Assembly: GCF_006345805.1 (NCBI RefSeq)
Contig: NC_043019.1
Location: 5,951,360 to 6,015,359 of the forward strand
DNA: 64,000 nucleotides
DNA from: Octopus sinensis
Taxonomy: Eukaryota
Direction: 5' to 3'
This document shows positions 26,721-40,308 of the stretch, one piece after another; position 1 is the stretch's first letter; each line of letters starts with the position of its first letter. The translations under genes and the position numbers were made by a program. The notes under the pieces were generated by a model. The model had not been told where the DNA came from and searched no databases. It saw only the letters and a list, made by a program, of their open reading frames with translations.

Positions 26721-27944
26721 AGAATTTTAAAAAAACAAAAGCCGAAGACAGGTAGTGTAGACAACAAGCAGATGTATAAATTTAACGCTCTGGAAGTGAA
26801 AAAGTCTTTAACGGTTCGAGCCTACGCTCTTCCACAGAATGGAACACAGAAAGAAATAAAGAGAAAAAATGAAGAATGTGTATGGTTAGTGATCTATCAT
26901 GGCGAATGCCGGACAGAAGGGGGTCACGCAGGAGAACTAGGAAGAAGAGGAGATAATAAAGTAGTGCTGATCCCAAAACGAAGGTGCGCATGCGTATGCA
27001 TAAGAGAGTATGTATGTGCGTGTGGAGGAGAGCTGGTGACCTTGATGTGTGCGTGTGTGTGTAGGTGTGTCGATGACGGTGTGGGACTGGGAAGTGGTCA
27101 GTGCAACAGTTATGATGTCTGTATATTCGTATGTATGTATGTATATTTGTTATATGTCACGGTACCCGTATGAGTTTAAAAGAGCGGTCTGTATATCATA
27201 CTCAAAGCAGATACATCATTGAAAGCCTAACTGCGGCATTCATCCTGATATAGTATCTTTTATGGACGTACTATGTCAAAAGACAAAAGATATATCAGTA
27301 GATATATCCAGCATCGACGGTGGCATTGCTAAATGCATGTTTCTGCCTGTTTGCGTTTCATCAACAGTAAATATTCACTAGCAACGGCGTGCTACGACAA
27401 AATCCGGCTCTATTGATTTAGTAAAGCAATGATGAAAAAACTTTAAAAAACTTTAAAAATCTGTGGTTTATGAATTCTTTTATTCAGTCTGCTGTCTAAT
27501 AATGACATCTGTGATTTTTTTTTTTCAGTAGCTGTTTCACTTAAAAAGACCGGTCTAGTTAGATGACCGAATGAGTCTCACAAAATTAAAATGAGTTTCA
27601 ACTCGTGAATCTAAAAGCTATTCGCAATACTGTAATCTGTAAAAAGATTTCTTTCTTTCCTTTTATTTTTCATTAACAAAGATTCGAAAACAACCTTTCG
27701 ATAATACAAGAAATAGAAATAAAAATTTCCTTTTATCTGTAACTCGTGTTTAAACCATGTTCTCACAGAAACAAATCTGAGCGTGATTTTACGTGTAAAT
27801 AAGTTAGAATGTGCTGGAGCAAGAGAAATGGCAAGTGATGTGCAAACCTGAAGCAACCAACTACTCAACAGAATGACCAGTGTTGTGCAAACAATTCTGA
27901 AGCAATCAAGCACTGATATAAGATAGGTAGGGAGAAAATAAAGC

Positions 27945-27990
27945 ATCTACCTATCTATCTACCTATCTATCTATGTATCTATCTATCTAC

Positions 27991-28045
<55 letters not shown>

Positions 28046-28074
28046 CCTATCTATCTATCTATCTATCTATCTAC

Positions 28075-28109
<35 letters not shown>

Positions 28110-28118
28110 CCAATCTAT

Positions 28119-28189
<71 letters not shown>

Positions 28190-28190
28190 A
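27945..28190. repeat. (TATC)n microsatellite
   Basis: Direct tandem repeats. Confidence 0.95.
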
Positions 28191-28624
28191 AGATGGGTGA
28201 ATGTAGCAAGGATGGCACGTATGAATGACGAAGCCACCTTGACTATGATTCTATGAACCGTAAAAATTAATACAGAGAGTTGCTTATTTGCAAAAAAAAA
28301 AGAAATATAACATGTGACTTCATTGACCGAGGTTACCGTGGTCTTTTCCGTAGGCTTTTCTTTCCACGGGTAAACCTCACCTGTCCTCCCCTTTACACTT
28401 CATATTGACATTTCTGTGATAACGATCCCTATTGATCAAATTTTTTTCCTTCCCCCCTCCTTTTTTAAATTTTATTTTATCCCACCCTTTTTTTGTCCTC
28501 TTTCTTTCCATTTACGATCCCTTTTGATCGAAAACCAAACCCCCTTCTTTTACGCCCAAAAGAAAAGCTCTACCTTGTAATTTGTCCCGTCTGTGTGCAG
28601 CCCTGTGTGGCTAATAAAGAAACA

Positions 28625-28702
<78 letters not shown>

Positions 28703-28736
28703 CCTATCTATCTATCTATCTACCTATCTACCTACA

Positions 28737-28778
<42 letters not shown>

Positions 28779-28811
28779 CCTATCTATCTATCTATCTACC
28801 TATCTATCTAC

Positions 28812-28855
<44 letters not shown>

Positions 28856-28923
28856 ATATATATATATCTATCTATCTATCTATCTATCTACCTATCTATC
28901 TATCTATCTACCTATCTATCTAC

Positions 28924-28979
<56 letters not shown>

Positions 28980-28980
28980 T
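28625..28980. repeat. (TATC)n microsatellite
   Basis: Direct tandem repeats. Confidence 0.95.
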
Positions 28981-29431
28981 TATGTAGCTAGCTATGTGTT
29001 TATGCGTGCTGTTGTTGTTGTTGTTGTTGTTGCTACTGCTGCTAAAACTGTTACATGCAGCGATATTGTCTCAATATTTGGTGAGAGCAAATCTCTTCTA
29101 ATCTCAAAAGTTCTTCTTGGAATTCTTGTTGAATACTGGATGGTATTTTTCTGCAGGTCGACAATGCGACTCTCAATTGCAATACCCTTCAGCTCCTTAG
29201 GTGGCACTTTGTATGTTATTCTAAATGCAACAATTACCACGGGAGTAATTGTCATTTTAAGTTTCACTGACTCTTCGACCCTCCGGTCAGGTCCCAAGGT
29301 TTCTCAGGGATTTTTTTTCAGTTTATCCATTCTATTGTTACATGTTACTGCAAAGATATTATTTGATTTGTTTCTTTTGTCCTCTATAATAATATCCTTC
29401 TTCCTTCAATAGTATAGTCAATAATTATTCT

Positions 29432-29496
29432 GGTCACTGCCTGGAATCGAACTCAGAATCTTGGGATTAGTAGCCCACTTTCTTAACCACTACAGG
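29432..29496 (-). mobile_element. tRNA-like SINE head (same head as 30160-30200)
   Basis: Minus strand TAGTGGTTAAG (A box) ... GAGTTCGATTCC (B box). Confidence 0.7.
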
Positions 29497-29870
29497 GAAA
29501 TCCCATAAAACTATGTAATTCATATTCTCTATCACATCTTCTGGTTCATATTCAAGCTACTTTTCTTTTACTTTGAATCCACTCACACAGCTAACATCCG
29601 AATGAACTCTTTTACCAACACCTGCGCTAGATTACCGCATTTACTTAAGAGATGGTTAATACTTTCGTTTCCTTTCCCACATATTCTACCTTTTCCCTCT
29701 GACTAAGATTTATCCATCATTACCATTATCAAATACGTCCTAATTTCCTAGTGTTTCGGTTTATCGTTTCAGGTTTCCGGACATCAGACATAACAGTGTT
29801 TTTAAATCGGTCATGTAATTCTTTTGCTTTCAAATAATTTGTTGTTTTCCTTTCTGTTCTTGAATTCTCT

Positions 29871-29933
29871 AAGGGTTTCAATAACCAAGGGTTTCAATAA
29901 CCAAGGGTTTCAATAACAAGGGTTTCAATAACC
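29871..29933. repeat. 16-bp minisatellite (AAGGGTTTCAATAACC) x4
   Basis: Direct tandem repeats. Confidence 0.9.
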
Positions 29934-30012
29934 GTTGATATTCTTTCTTTATTTTTCAATTATGTACATTATTTACATTTGACGGATATTTGTCCTCATC
30001 TTGTTTGTTGTT

Positions 30013-30058
30013 AACACAACGTTTCGGCTGATATATCCTCCAGCCTTCATCAGGTGTC
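30013..30058 (-). ncRNA. Minimal type I hammerhead ribozyme, intact
   Basis: GACAC-CUGAUGA-A-GGCUG(GAGGAUAUAU)CAGCC-GAAAC-GUU^GUGUU. Confidence 0.85.
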
Positions 30059-30110
30059 TTGGGGAAATGTCGAACCTGGGTTCTCATTCCTATGGTATTT
30101 TTCGATGCTG

Positions 30111-30159
<49 letters not shown>

Positions 30160-30935
30160 GGTCACTGCCTGGAATCGAACTCAGAATCTCGGGGTTAGTA
30201 AGTAGTGATCGTGATACACATCACGAAGAAATAATCAAGCTTAATAACAATCTATTAAGCAACAACTATCCCCAAAACATACTATCCACTCCAGTTATGA
30301 AGAAAAGAGAGGATGAAACCAATAAACTGTCCACAATCTGTCTACCCTATGTGAAAGGCCTCTCCGAAAAGATACAAAAGATATGCGGCCCATATGACAT
30401 CAGGACAGTATTCAAGAGTAATACAACTCTTCACAAATATCTCCTTCGAGTAAAACCTCCAATAGAAGAGAATATGACCAAAGACTGCGTATAATTCATC
30501 CCATGCAGCTGTTGTAGGTTACACAAAGGCGAAACATGCTGCCCCCTCAAAATAAGGGTAGACGAACATCGCAAAGCTGTGACACGAGGAGATATTGATA
30601 AATCGGGTATAGCTGATCATGTATGGAAAAATGGAGACTACCTCTCCCTGTGGGATGAAGTTAAAATAATAGACAGAGAACAACACTGGAAAATACGAAA
30701 ACTAAAAGAAGCAGCACATATGCTAGGACACAACAACCTCCTAAGCAGACCGAGTGCAGATATGAACAGCATATGGGAACTGGTATTAAGGAAGGATAGG
30801 AAAATATTAGATTTATAAACCCTAAAATTCACTCCATAATTGCACAACAACAACATCAACAGCAGCAGCAACAAGAACAACAACAACATTGAAAAATACC
30901 ATACGAATGAGAACCCAAGTTCGAAATTTCCCAAA

Positions 30936-30981
30936 ATCACCTGAAGAAGGCTGGAGGGTAGATCAGCCGAAACGTTTTGTT
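30936..30981 (+). ncRNA. Minimal hammerhead, helix I decayed
   Basis: AUCAC-CUGAAGA-A-GGCUG...CAGCC-GAAAC-GUU^UUGUU. Confidence 0.6.
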
Positions 30982-32045
30982 AACAACAAACAAGATGAGG
31001 ACAGATATCTGTCAAATGTAAATGATGTACATAATTCCTTGTCTTTTAAATATAGAACTGTATAGTTTTTCAAACTTGTATTTGCAGCCCTAACGATGTC
31101 TTCTGCACATATGTCTCCTGCCAATTTTGGTTCAAATGACGGAATCATTACTTTTAGACTGATGCACAATATACATTGTGAGAAGTTTTCTAATTTTTGT
31201 AGGTCCTGTAGCTCTATCTTTGTCCATTTTAGAAAAGAAAACTATCCTAATACTGCTATAAGCCACGTATTCATTGCTTTGTAAATATTTCGTTTCGTCT
31301 CCACTACCTTCATAATCCCTGTACTTTTGGAGATTTTCTCTTTCATTTCGCCTTCCTATCATCTTGCATTTTCCCTAGTTATTATTGCAGTATCCCTCAT
31401 TATTTCACTGGGATCTAATGATTTGCTTTCATACTAATTTTATACAATCAGTGTTTATCTTTCGGCCTCTCTTTATAATTATCTCTGTACATTTACTTAC
31501 CTCAAACTGCATTCAAATATTCTTGCTAAACACCCTTACTGATTGGAGAATATAGGGTTTATAAAAGAAAAAAGAAACTTTAAATAGTTTTTAGTTCGTT
31601 GATATAAAGCAGGTGATTTATTTTCACCTTGTTTTAGCAAACTTATAGGCAGGTCAGTATTTTCTTAATCAGAGGGATTAACAGAATGAGAAAAACTAAT
31701 GGAGAGAGCGAGTCCCGCAGGAATATTCACGTGCGTATTTTTATGTTTCCTAGCGATTCATTGTCGCCTGTTGTTTCTACTTCGCACGCACTCATTGTCT
31801 TGTTTTTCTTTCAAAAAAGCTGTTTATCTTCTCAATGATTCCGAGAGCCCTCAGGCACTCCAACAGCCAACTGTTTGGAACATTTTAATAAGCGTTCTTG
31901 TAGTTTATTCATCCAACAGTTAAATTCTTCTTTCTTATTCTTACCGCATTTAATATCTTCCTGTCAGTTTCCTGACAGCAGTTTCTCTTTACCTCTTCCT
32001 GCGTTTCTCTGGTTATAGGTTCTCTTTCTCCAGAAAGGAATATAC

Positions 32046-32457
32046 TTTTCTTTACTCTTTTACTCTTTTATTTGTCTCAGTCATTTGACTGCGGCCATGC
32101 TGGAGCACCGCCTTTTAATCGAGCAATTCGACCCCGGGACTTATTCTTTGTAAGCCCAGTACTTATTCTATCGGTCTCTTTTTGCCGAACCGCTAAGTGA
32201 CGGGGATATAATCACACCAGCATCGGTTGTCAAGCAATGCTAGGGGGACAAGCACAGACACACAAACACACACACATACACATACATATATACGACGGGC
32301 TTCTTTCAGTTTCCGTCTACCAAATCCACTCACAAGGCATTGGTCGGTCCGAGGCTATAGTAGAAGACACTTGCTCAAGGTGCCACGCAGTGGGACTGAA
32401 CCCGGAACCATGTGGTTGGTAAACAAGCTACTTACCACACAGCCACTCCTGCGCCTA
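32046..32457 (-). mobile_element. SINE family A (nested in R4/Dong)
   Basis: Full-length reverse-complement match. Confidence 0.9.
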
Positions 32458-33774
32458 CTTCATCAGCTATGACTTAATAATTTCCAGAGCAATGATAAAC
32501 ATGTTATAGGTCTATAATTACTGACTTACTCGTTCTTATCTTTGTTTTTCGGAACCATCATTGTCATATCTTTTGACAGCACGCTAGCATTCCATTTACT
32601 TTATACAGTCAGTAAGAAACGGTTGTATATAGCAGTGTATACTTCAGAGACTTTTGAGCGAGAATTCCTGAGCACTCTCTGTTCAGGAAGCTTTCAATTT
32701 TGCAATTTTTTCAGCATCTCTTCACTTTTTCATCTGCAATATTTGCCTTCTTTTTTCTCATCTTCCATTTCACTTTTAAATTTCCCTGACCAGCCCGCTT
32801 TCATAATAGGTCTTCGCTCTTCAACATCTGGAGCATCATCCCTTGATGTTCTCTCTCTTAGTTCAACTGTTGATAACAATTTCATATTGCTTCTGATCAG
32901 ATAGTTCTGCTGGTGTTTTGTTTTGTTGGTGTCTAGTTGTCTTACTTGACACCGCTTAGTCTACCCGATCTACTCACAAGGCTTTGGTCGGTCCGAGACT
33001 TTAATAGAAGACACTTGCCCAAGGTGCCACGCAGTGGGACTGAATCCGGAACCGTGTGGTCGGGAAGCAAGCTTCTTACCACACAGCCACGCCTGCACCT
33101 ATATAAATGTAAATTCGAAATCATTTCGATTTGAAGTCAGAGAGGAATTAGTCCAGCACCCGCCTTTCGCAGCCTCTCCAGACGTTAAGTTTACTGAAGA
33201 GGTGCATGGCGTTCATGTATGTCTTTATTGAAAATAATTTATGAGATAAGAGCACAGAAACGGCCACTCTCGTTAGGTCAGTGTCTTGTTCTAAAGGACT
33301 CTCCAAAATCTGTTTAAATATACTGAAAGGTTTTGTATAAAACGAGGCAAGGAAATGAGAAGTTATAGCATATATTTCCTTCACAATGTAATTAATAACG
33401 TAATTTCTAAGCTTCTTTTAAATGGATTTTTCAAGTTACCACAAAACACAAAACAAAATAAACGATTATGAATTTATGATTAATTTTTCAGATGAAATGC
33501 TTGTCTTAAAATAGAATGTTTACTTCATCTGCACATGCGAATGAGTGTCAGATTAATAAAATCAATAGACAACACGTTGCAACTAAATACTCTGTTTCTA
33601 GAAAAGACAATATTGTTTCCATTGATTTTTTATGTTTTGACAATATCAAATAATGTCCAATCGCCTTAACTAGGGATATCAAATAGGGAGGTGATATATC
33701 GACCGCAATTAAAGAAACCTTTTCTTCGCTGTATTCGTGGAAGGATTCTGTTCATTATTTATCCAAAGGTTTAA

Positions 33775-33975
33775 GGCGGTGAGCTGGCAGAGTCGTTAGC
33801 ACGCCGGGCAATATGCTTAGTGGCATTTCGTACGTCTGCATAATCTGAGTTCAAATTCTGCCGAGGTCGACTTTGCCTTTCATCCTCTCGAGGTCGATAA
33901 AAAGAGTACCAGTTGATCACTGGAGTCGATGTAATCCACTTACCCACTCCCTCGAACTTTTGTGCCAAAATTTGC
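33775..33975 (+). mobile_element. SINE family B
   Basis: ggcggtgagctggcagagtcgttagcacgccggg...gagttcaaattc (B box). Confidence 0.85.
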
Positions 33976-34089
33976 GATCATTATTTACCCTAAGGTCATG
34001 AGTTCTAGGAATATTACATGCAAAAGCTGGATACGAAATTTATGATCACAGATATCGGTTAACAAGAATAAATAACCGACTTCTTTTAA

Positions 34090-34460
34090 ATGTGTGGTAA
34101 AAACTTGCTTCCCAGACGCCTGGTCTCGGGTTCAGTCCCATTGAATGGCACCCTTCACAAGGGGCTTCTATTATAACCTCAGGCCAACCAAAGCTTTGTG
34201 AGTGGGTTTAGTAGATGGAAACTGAAAGAATCCTGTCCCGTCGGATATGTATATATCTATGCGTCTGTTTAGGTTGCTACACCACCGCTTGATAACCAGT
34301 ATTGGTTTGTTTACGTTCCCGTGACTTAACAACGGTTTTGCAAAAGAAACCCATAGAATAAGCACCAGGCTTTGAAATAAGTATTGGCCGATTTGTTCGA
34401 CTAAACCCTTCAAGGGCTCAATGACTGAACAAGTAAAAGATAAAAGACAAGATAAAAAAT
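34090..34460 (+). mobile_element. SINE family A, diverged
   Basis: Same layout with many substitutions. Confidence 0.7.
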
Positions 34461-34779
34461 ACATATAAAAGTCAAAAGTGTTCGTTTCTGCATGATATAA
34501 ATCAACCCAATGTTGGTGATCTTAATACCCAGTATTTAACGAAACCCATAACTCATTGAATTATAGAGTGAGCGCACAAATTTCGTATGTATATAATTAA
34601 TGTGACAAGCTAACACTGTGATGCCGGTGCCTCTCCAAAATACAACCGCGAGATATATTTGCAATACAGTACTGTAGAATACAGAGGACTGAGGAGTAAG
34701 CAGTGGGTGTAACAAGTCTTGAATCAGTTGTCTCGCGTGCTATTCATTCAGTCAAAGGTAGATAACCATTTTGAGAACG

Positions 34780-34995
34780 TATCCAAATTGGTTTGTTTTT
34801 GACACAATTTCGGGGGCGGGGGATAAGTTGATTACATTGACTCCAATGTTTAACTGGTACTTATTTTATCGACCCGGAAAGGATGAAAGACAAGGTCGAC
34901 CCCGACAGAATTTGAAACCAGAGCGTAAAGACAAACGAAATCCTGCTAAGCATTTTGCTCAGCTTGCTAACGATTCTTCCAACTCGCCGCTTTAG
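34780..34995 (-). mobile_element. SINE family B, diverged
   Basis: Reverse-complement match. Confidence 0.75.
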
Positions 34996-35256
34996 AATGC
35001 AACAAAAGACGATGTTGAACTAATTTCCTCGACCGTTTTGGTTATTTCAGTGTTTAAATCCAAAAGAAATTATGCTTAATATTACACATGTATTTTACAC
35101 ACAGCAGCCGTATTAGCCACACAAATTTTGCATACATTTTTACTTTCAGCTGCTTTTCTTTTTATTTATTACTTTGTGATATAGTGTTTAGTGATGATGG
35201 TTTTATATATGTATATATATATTATATATATATAATATAATAAAATTAAAAAAATA

Positions 35257-35503
35257 AATGTTCCTTCTCGAGCCATGCCAGGTTCATAAGGGCCGGTTTC
35301 CCGGTTTCAGTGGCGTAGAAATTCCCCACCTTGACGGGACGCCGGTCCGTCGCAGGATTACTCACTTTTGCCAGCTGAGTGGACTGGAGCAACGTGAAAT
35401 GAAGTGTTTTGCTCAAGAACACAACGCGTCGCCCGGTCCAGGAATCGAAACCACAACCTTACGATCATGAGTTCAACAGCCTAACCACTAAGCCACGCAC
35501 CTC

Positions 35504-35505
<2 letters not shown>
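35257..35505 (-). mobile_element. tRNA-derived SINE group C
   Basis: Minus-strand head gaggtgcgtggcttagtggttagg...ggtttcgattcc; tail shared with 12455. Confidence 0.8.
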
Positions 35506-35562
<57 letters not shown>

Positions 35563-35664
35563 TATATATTTATGTCATATACATACATATATATAATATA
35601 TTTAGATGCTCGTTTAGTGAGTTGAATGGCCTATTAAGGCCATTCCTTAATATTATTGTTGAAA

Positions 35665-35707
<43 letters not shown>

Positions 35708-36709
35708 AATATATATTTTAAATTTTACATTATATAATTAGGGCTTAGTATAATAAATTACTTTGCCACCTATGAACTTAGTAGAAATAGCAGCCAAAAA
35801 ATTTTTCTTACCATTCTACAACTTAAAGAAAATTTCTCTCAGATATGTTTTAATCCAGACAGCCCACGAAGGTTTGGAGGTAAATACAGAAAAATATCAC
35901 AAGTACATAGATCGTTTGAGTACGTCAACGTTTCAAGATTAGCCAAATAAAATCAGCATTTCTATCGTCAGCTCAAAATTTCTTAATTTGTATTTGGAAA
36001 CACTATAACACTGTTATATATATATTTATATATAAATTACTTTATATAATTAGGGTTCAGCAAAAAAAATTTACTTTGCCACATACCGAACTTTTAGAAA
36101 TAGCAGCCAAAGAATTTAGCTATTTCCTCTACTATAAGAAGAGTCTTCCAGACAATGTATACTAAAAAAAAAACACAATTCAAATATAAACACAATTTTA
36201 AATATACCGTAAATGGTCCTTTTATATATTGAACACTGCTTGGTAAAATTATTAATTACTAATTAATTAATTTTACCGTTATTATTATTGACTATATATA
36301 TATATATATATATATATTGCTGGTAGGAACACCATATTTCATCATGGAACCATAATATATTACCAAATATATTAAATGCTCATAAGTCATTACTGTGTCC
36401 TTCCTGTGTTAGCAGTGCGATTCAATCACTTTTGAAAGTTGTCTCTACATATTTTCTATAGAAACTAGAGCCAGCACTAAAAGTAACGACACTTTATATA
36501 TCAATACGTTATGTAAACAATGCGATCGAAGATACAAGAATAGATAACGGGTGTATATGCAAATTTCGGGAGTTATTGCTTGTTCTTCAGTACCACATCC
36601 AACCCCTTAACCATCAACGAACACATTGCTTAAATACCTATCAAATATAGCGGTGTAACGCAACTGGATATACCAATTTTACTTAATAAACATATTCTGG
36701 CAACTAGAT

Positions 36710-36715
36710 TAATGA

Positions 36716-36750
<35 letters not shown>

Positions 36751-36785
36751 CACACAGAGAAACACACACACTCAAACACAACAGA

Positions 36786-36824
<39 letters not shown>

Positions 36825-37012
36825 AAACACACACAGACACACACACACATACACACACACACACACAGAAATACACATGCACAAAGACACACAGACGCAC
36901 ACAGAAACACACACATACTCAAACACACACAGACGCACACACACACACACACACAGAGAAACACATACACACAAACACACACACACACACACATACACAC
37001 ACACACACAGAG

Positions 37013-37045
<33 letters not shown>
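36710..37045. repeat. (AC)n microsatellite
   Basis: Direct tandem repeats. Confidence 0.95.
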
Positions 37046-37047
<2 letters not shown>

Positions 37048-38247
37048 CACACACAAGTGTTAAAATTTGAAACGTCTCAGGCCAAACCATATTGTAGGTC
37101 GCACTACGTGACCACCCCATCTCACTCCTGTCCTCAACCCCATCTCACTCCTGTCCTCTGGCCTCCACTATTTCGAGAGTGGCTTCCTTTGTTTTCTTTA
37201 TTTAGCTGGAATATGAGATTCAGTTTGGCAATATTTGTCCTCGAAATTTAAGCAGACAAACATATCATGAAATATGACAAGACACAAACGCTTCTTTTAT
37301 GCTATTTAGAGAATTAGTCGAGAAAGATACAACGTCTGCGCATTTATCCAAATCATTATCAGCAAGATTAATGAGAAATTTTCGAGGACAAATCTTCGCA
37401 TCAACAGTGATTGACACGCACGTAATAAAATATTCATAAATGAATTGTGAAGCAAAAAGAGAAATAAACTATTGTCAACAGACGACTGTATTAACACCCT
37501 AATTCTACTTATGTAATTGATGTTATTGTCTAGTTAATATAGTCTGTTACCTACGGAAATTATTCTGGAGTTATCGAACTATATAAATTGATCCATTGTT
37601 TCTTATGTATAATGTATACGAGTGGCAAGATCTGTGTTTACGTAGGAGATAGCTAATGGCGCGTGTTTTAACTAAGTGTATTCCATTAAAATGTTTTTGT
37701 CTATTGGGGTGTAAATTAAGAAATTATGAAAGATTTGCAATAAGAGAACTATTTCTGAAACGATTTCATTGATCGCGAACTCACTCATAGCCGGGTAAGA
37801 TAACAATCCACTGAACGGTGTATTTGTATGCAGACATGTATGTACGCACACAAACATTATAGACATACATACACACATACATGGGTGTGTTTGTGTTTGT
37901 GTTTGCGTTTGTGTACGTGCGGTGTGTGTGCATTTATCCAAAGATATACAGCTTTGCAAGCCTATACAGATGACACTACATACTGTTCCTCTACTCATCC
38001 AGGAAATACAAAAGTGTAAGACTTCTTAACTGATAAACAACTCATCCCCAAAATATACACAGTCTCTACAGTGTTTACCTCACAATCGCTGGTTATTTGT
38101 TATGGTAAACATCGATCCTTGTAACAAAAGCAAAGAAAAGCTGCATCTCAAAAATATAGACCTTCTCTTCTTTTGAAATCAGTTGTCGACGTGATCCCCG
38201 CTTTCAAATGCTGTTCATATATTGAGAATGGTGCATCGGAATATTTT

Positions 38248-38438
38248 ATTCTTTTATTCTTTTATTTGTTTCAGTCATTTGACTGCGGCCATGCTGGAGC
38301 ACCGCCTTGAAGCGTTTTTTTTTTGTCAACAATTTGACCACAGGACTTATTTTTAAACTTCATGCTTTTTCTATTTTTGATGAACCTTTAAGTTACGGGG
38401 ACGATGCCGAGCGATGGTTGGAGGGGGACAAACACAGA

Positions 38439-38493
<55 letters not shown>

Positions 38494-38660
38494 TATATAT
38501 ATATATATACGACGGGCTTCTTTCAGTTTCGGTCTACCAAATTCACATACAAGGCTTTGATCGGCCCGAGGCTATAGTAGAAAACACTTTCCCAATGTGA
38601 CATGCAGTAGGACTGAACCCAGGACCATGAGGTTGGGAAACTACTTTCCACACAGTCTCG

Positions 38661-38662
<2 letters not shown>
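38248..38662 (-). mobile_element. SINE family A, diverged
   Basis: Reverse-complement match. Confidence 0.8.
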
Positions 38663-38704
<42 letters not shown>

Positions 38705-38994
38705 AAAACACCTTTTATCAATTTAATAATGAAAAATTAAATTATACCATTTAGAAAAATTACATATTATAGAAAGATTAAAGATAAGATAAAACATATA
38801 ACAATAATAAAGTAATGTGCAAAATAGTAAATGAAACGTAATCCCCTTGCAAGACAATCACGCTATATAAATGTGTGATATAATATATATATATATAAGG
38901 AAACCACCCTAGATGCCACGCAGTGGGACTGAACCCAAACCACGTGGTTGGGAAGCAAGCTTATTACTACAAAGCCACGCCTGCTTCTCTATAT

Positions 38995-39239
38995 ACTCTT
39001 TTACTCTTTTACTTGTTTCAGTCATTTGACTGCGGCCATGCTGGAGCACCGCCTTTATCGAGCAACTCGACCCCGGGACTTATTCTTTTTATAAACCCAG
39101 TACTTTATTCTATCGGTCTCTTTTGTGCCGAACCGCTAGGTAACGGGGACATAACACACCAGCATCGGTTTGTCAAGCAATGCTAGGGGGACAAACATAG
39201 ACACACAACCACATCACAACCACACACCATATATATCTA

Positions 39240-39270
<31 letters not shown>

Positions 39271-39432
39271 TACGACAGGCTTCTTTAAGTTCCGTCTACC
39301 CACATCCACTTACAAGGCATTGGTCGGGCCCGGGGCTATAGCAGAAGACACTTGCCCAAGATGCCGCGCAGTGGGACTGAACCCGGAACCATGTGGTCGG
39401 GAAGCAAGCTTCTTACTACAAAGCCACGCCTG
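38995..39432 (-). mobile_element. SINE family A
   Basis: Reverse-complement match; a second head fragment at 38910-38985. Confidence 0.85.
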
Positions 39433-40023
39433 CCTCTCTATATGTACATAAAAGTACAAGTAGCCGTAAATCGAGACAAAGATAAAAGAAACAATTGCAT
39501 AGCAGGCACCTAGACTGGTAGAAAATAACAATGAAAAGGAAAAAAAGCTGTGCTAAGAAAGACACGGCTAGAAAACGTATGACACTTTCGATCACTAGGA
39601 GACTATCTGTGATGACTTGCTTTTCGAGTTAGATATAATATTTATTTACGAATAATAAGTTGCGTTTTCTAAAGGAGCCGAGACAGCCAAACTAAAGAAG
39701 ACAGTTAACCGGACAACGTTTATTGTATTAAATATTGCGATAGAAAGATTTGTTATTGGAAGAAAGCTGTTGAAGAGTGCAACGAATAACTGGTGAGAAA
39801 GAAACATTGTTGTTTGAGACAATTCTCCTGAAAATCGTAAAAAACGTAAGACTTATAATTAAGGCAAAACCAGAATATCAAAACATAAGGTATGAAAACA
39901 AGAAACGATAAAAAAAGAAAAGAAAAACAAATGTTTCTCATTAAATATCATGGATGAATACTTTGAATCACTCAATCGAAATAGAAGTAAACATTGATTG
40001 AATGTCGAAACAAAACCACACGC

Positions 40024-40113
<90 letters not shown>

Positions 40114-40237
40114 GAAATATATATATATTATATATATATATATATATAATATATATATATATGTATGTTGTATGTATGTATGTATTATGTATATATACAT
40201 AAAAAACACACGTTTATATATAAATAGAGAGAGAGAG

Positions 40238-40308
<71 letters not shown>

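Larger units (their letters stand above)
29960..31040 (+). mobile_element. 5'-truncated Penelope-like element: RT C-terminus/GIY-YIG endonuclease flanked by inverted pLTR copies
   Basis: LPYVKGLSEKIQKIC..DCV*FIPCSCCRLHKGETCCPLKIRVDEHRKAV..SGIADHVW..RKLKEAAHM (GIY-YIG, VYxIPC..GET..R..EH); 29960-30110 is the reverse complement of 30890-31040. Confidence 0.9.
29040..32935 (-). mobile_element. Decayed R4/Dong-clade RLE non-LTR retrotransposon, fragmented by nested insertions
   Basis: Collinear frameshifted pieces: RT (NLTVGWINYKNAY*NVPNSWLLECL; IFLRDSLS, 31690-31950), post-RT (NIYKAMNTW..KWTKIELQDL; IRKLLTM; AEDIVRAA, 31045-31370), zinc-knuckle region (RICGKGNESINHLLSKCGNLAQ, 29510-29700), RLE C-terminus ([23 protein letters not shown], 29040-29410). 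Confidence 0.75.

Noticed and set aside
26806-26841. HHR-like CUGUGGA-A-GAGC/GCUC-GAACC-GUU on the minus strand
   Set aside because: Two core substitutions and a poor helix I; probably a dead pLTR remnant, so not listed as a ribozyme.
29760-29800. Minus-strand CTGATGTCCGG...GAAAC resembling a hammerhead
   Set aside because: A9 is missing, no helix I or III, and it lies inside the R4/Dong coding remnant.
29871-29933. Regular 16-bp repeats as a CRISPR-like array
   Set aside because: No spacers; a simple minisatellite in eukaryotic DNA.
31503-31540. Strong acceptor / GTAAGT pair on the minus strand
   Set aside because: Falls within the decayed R4/Dong element, and the 38-nt exon has stops in all frames.
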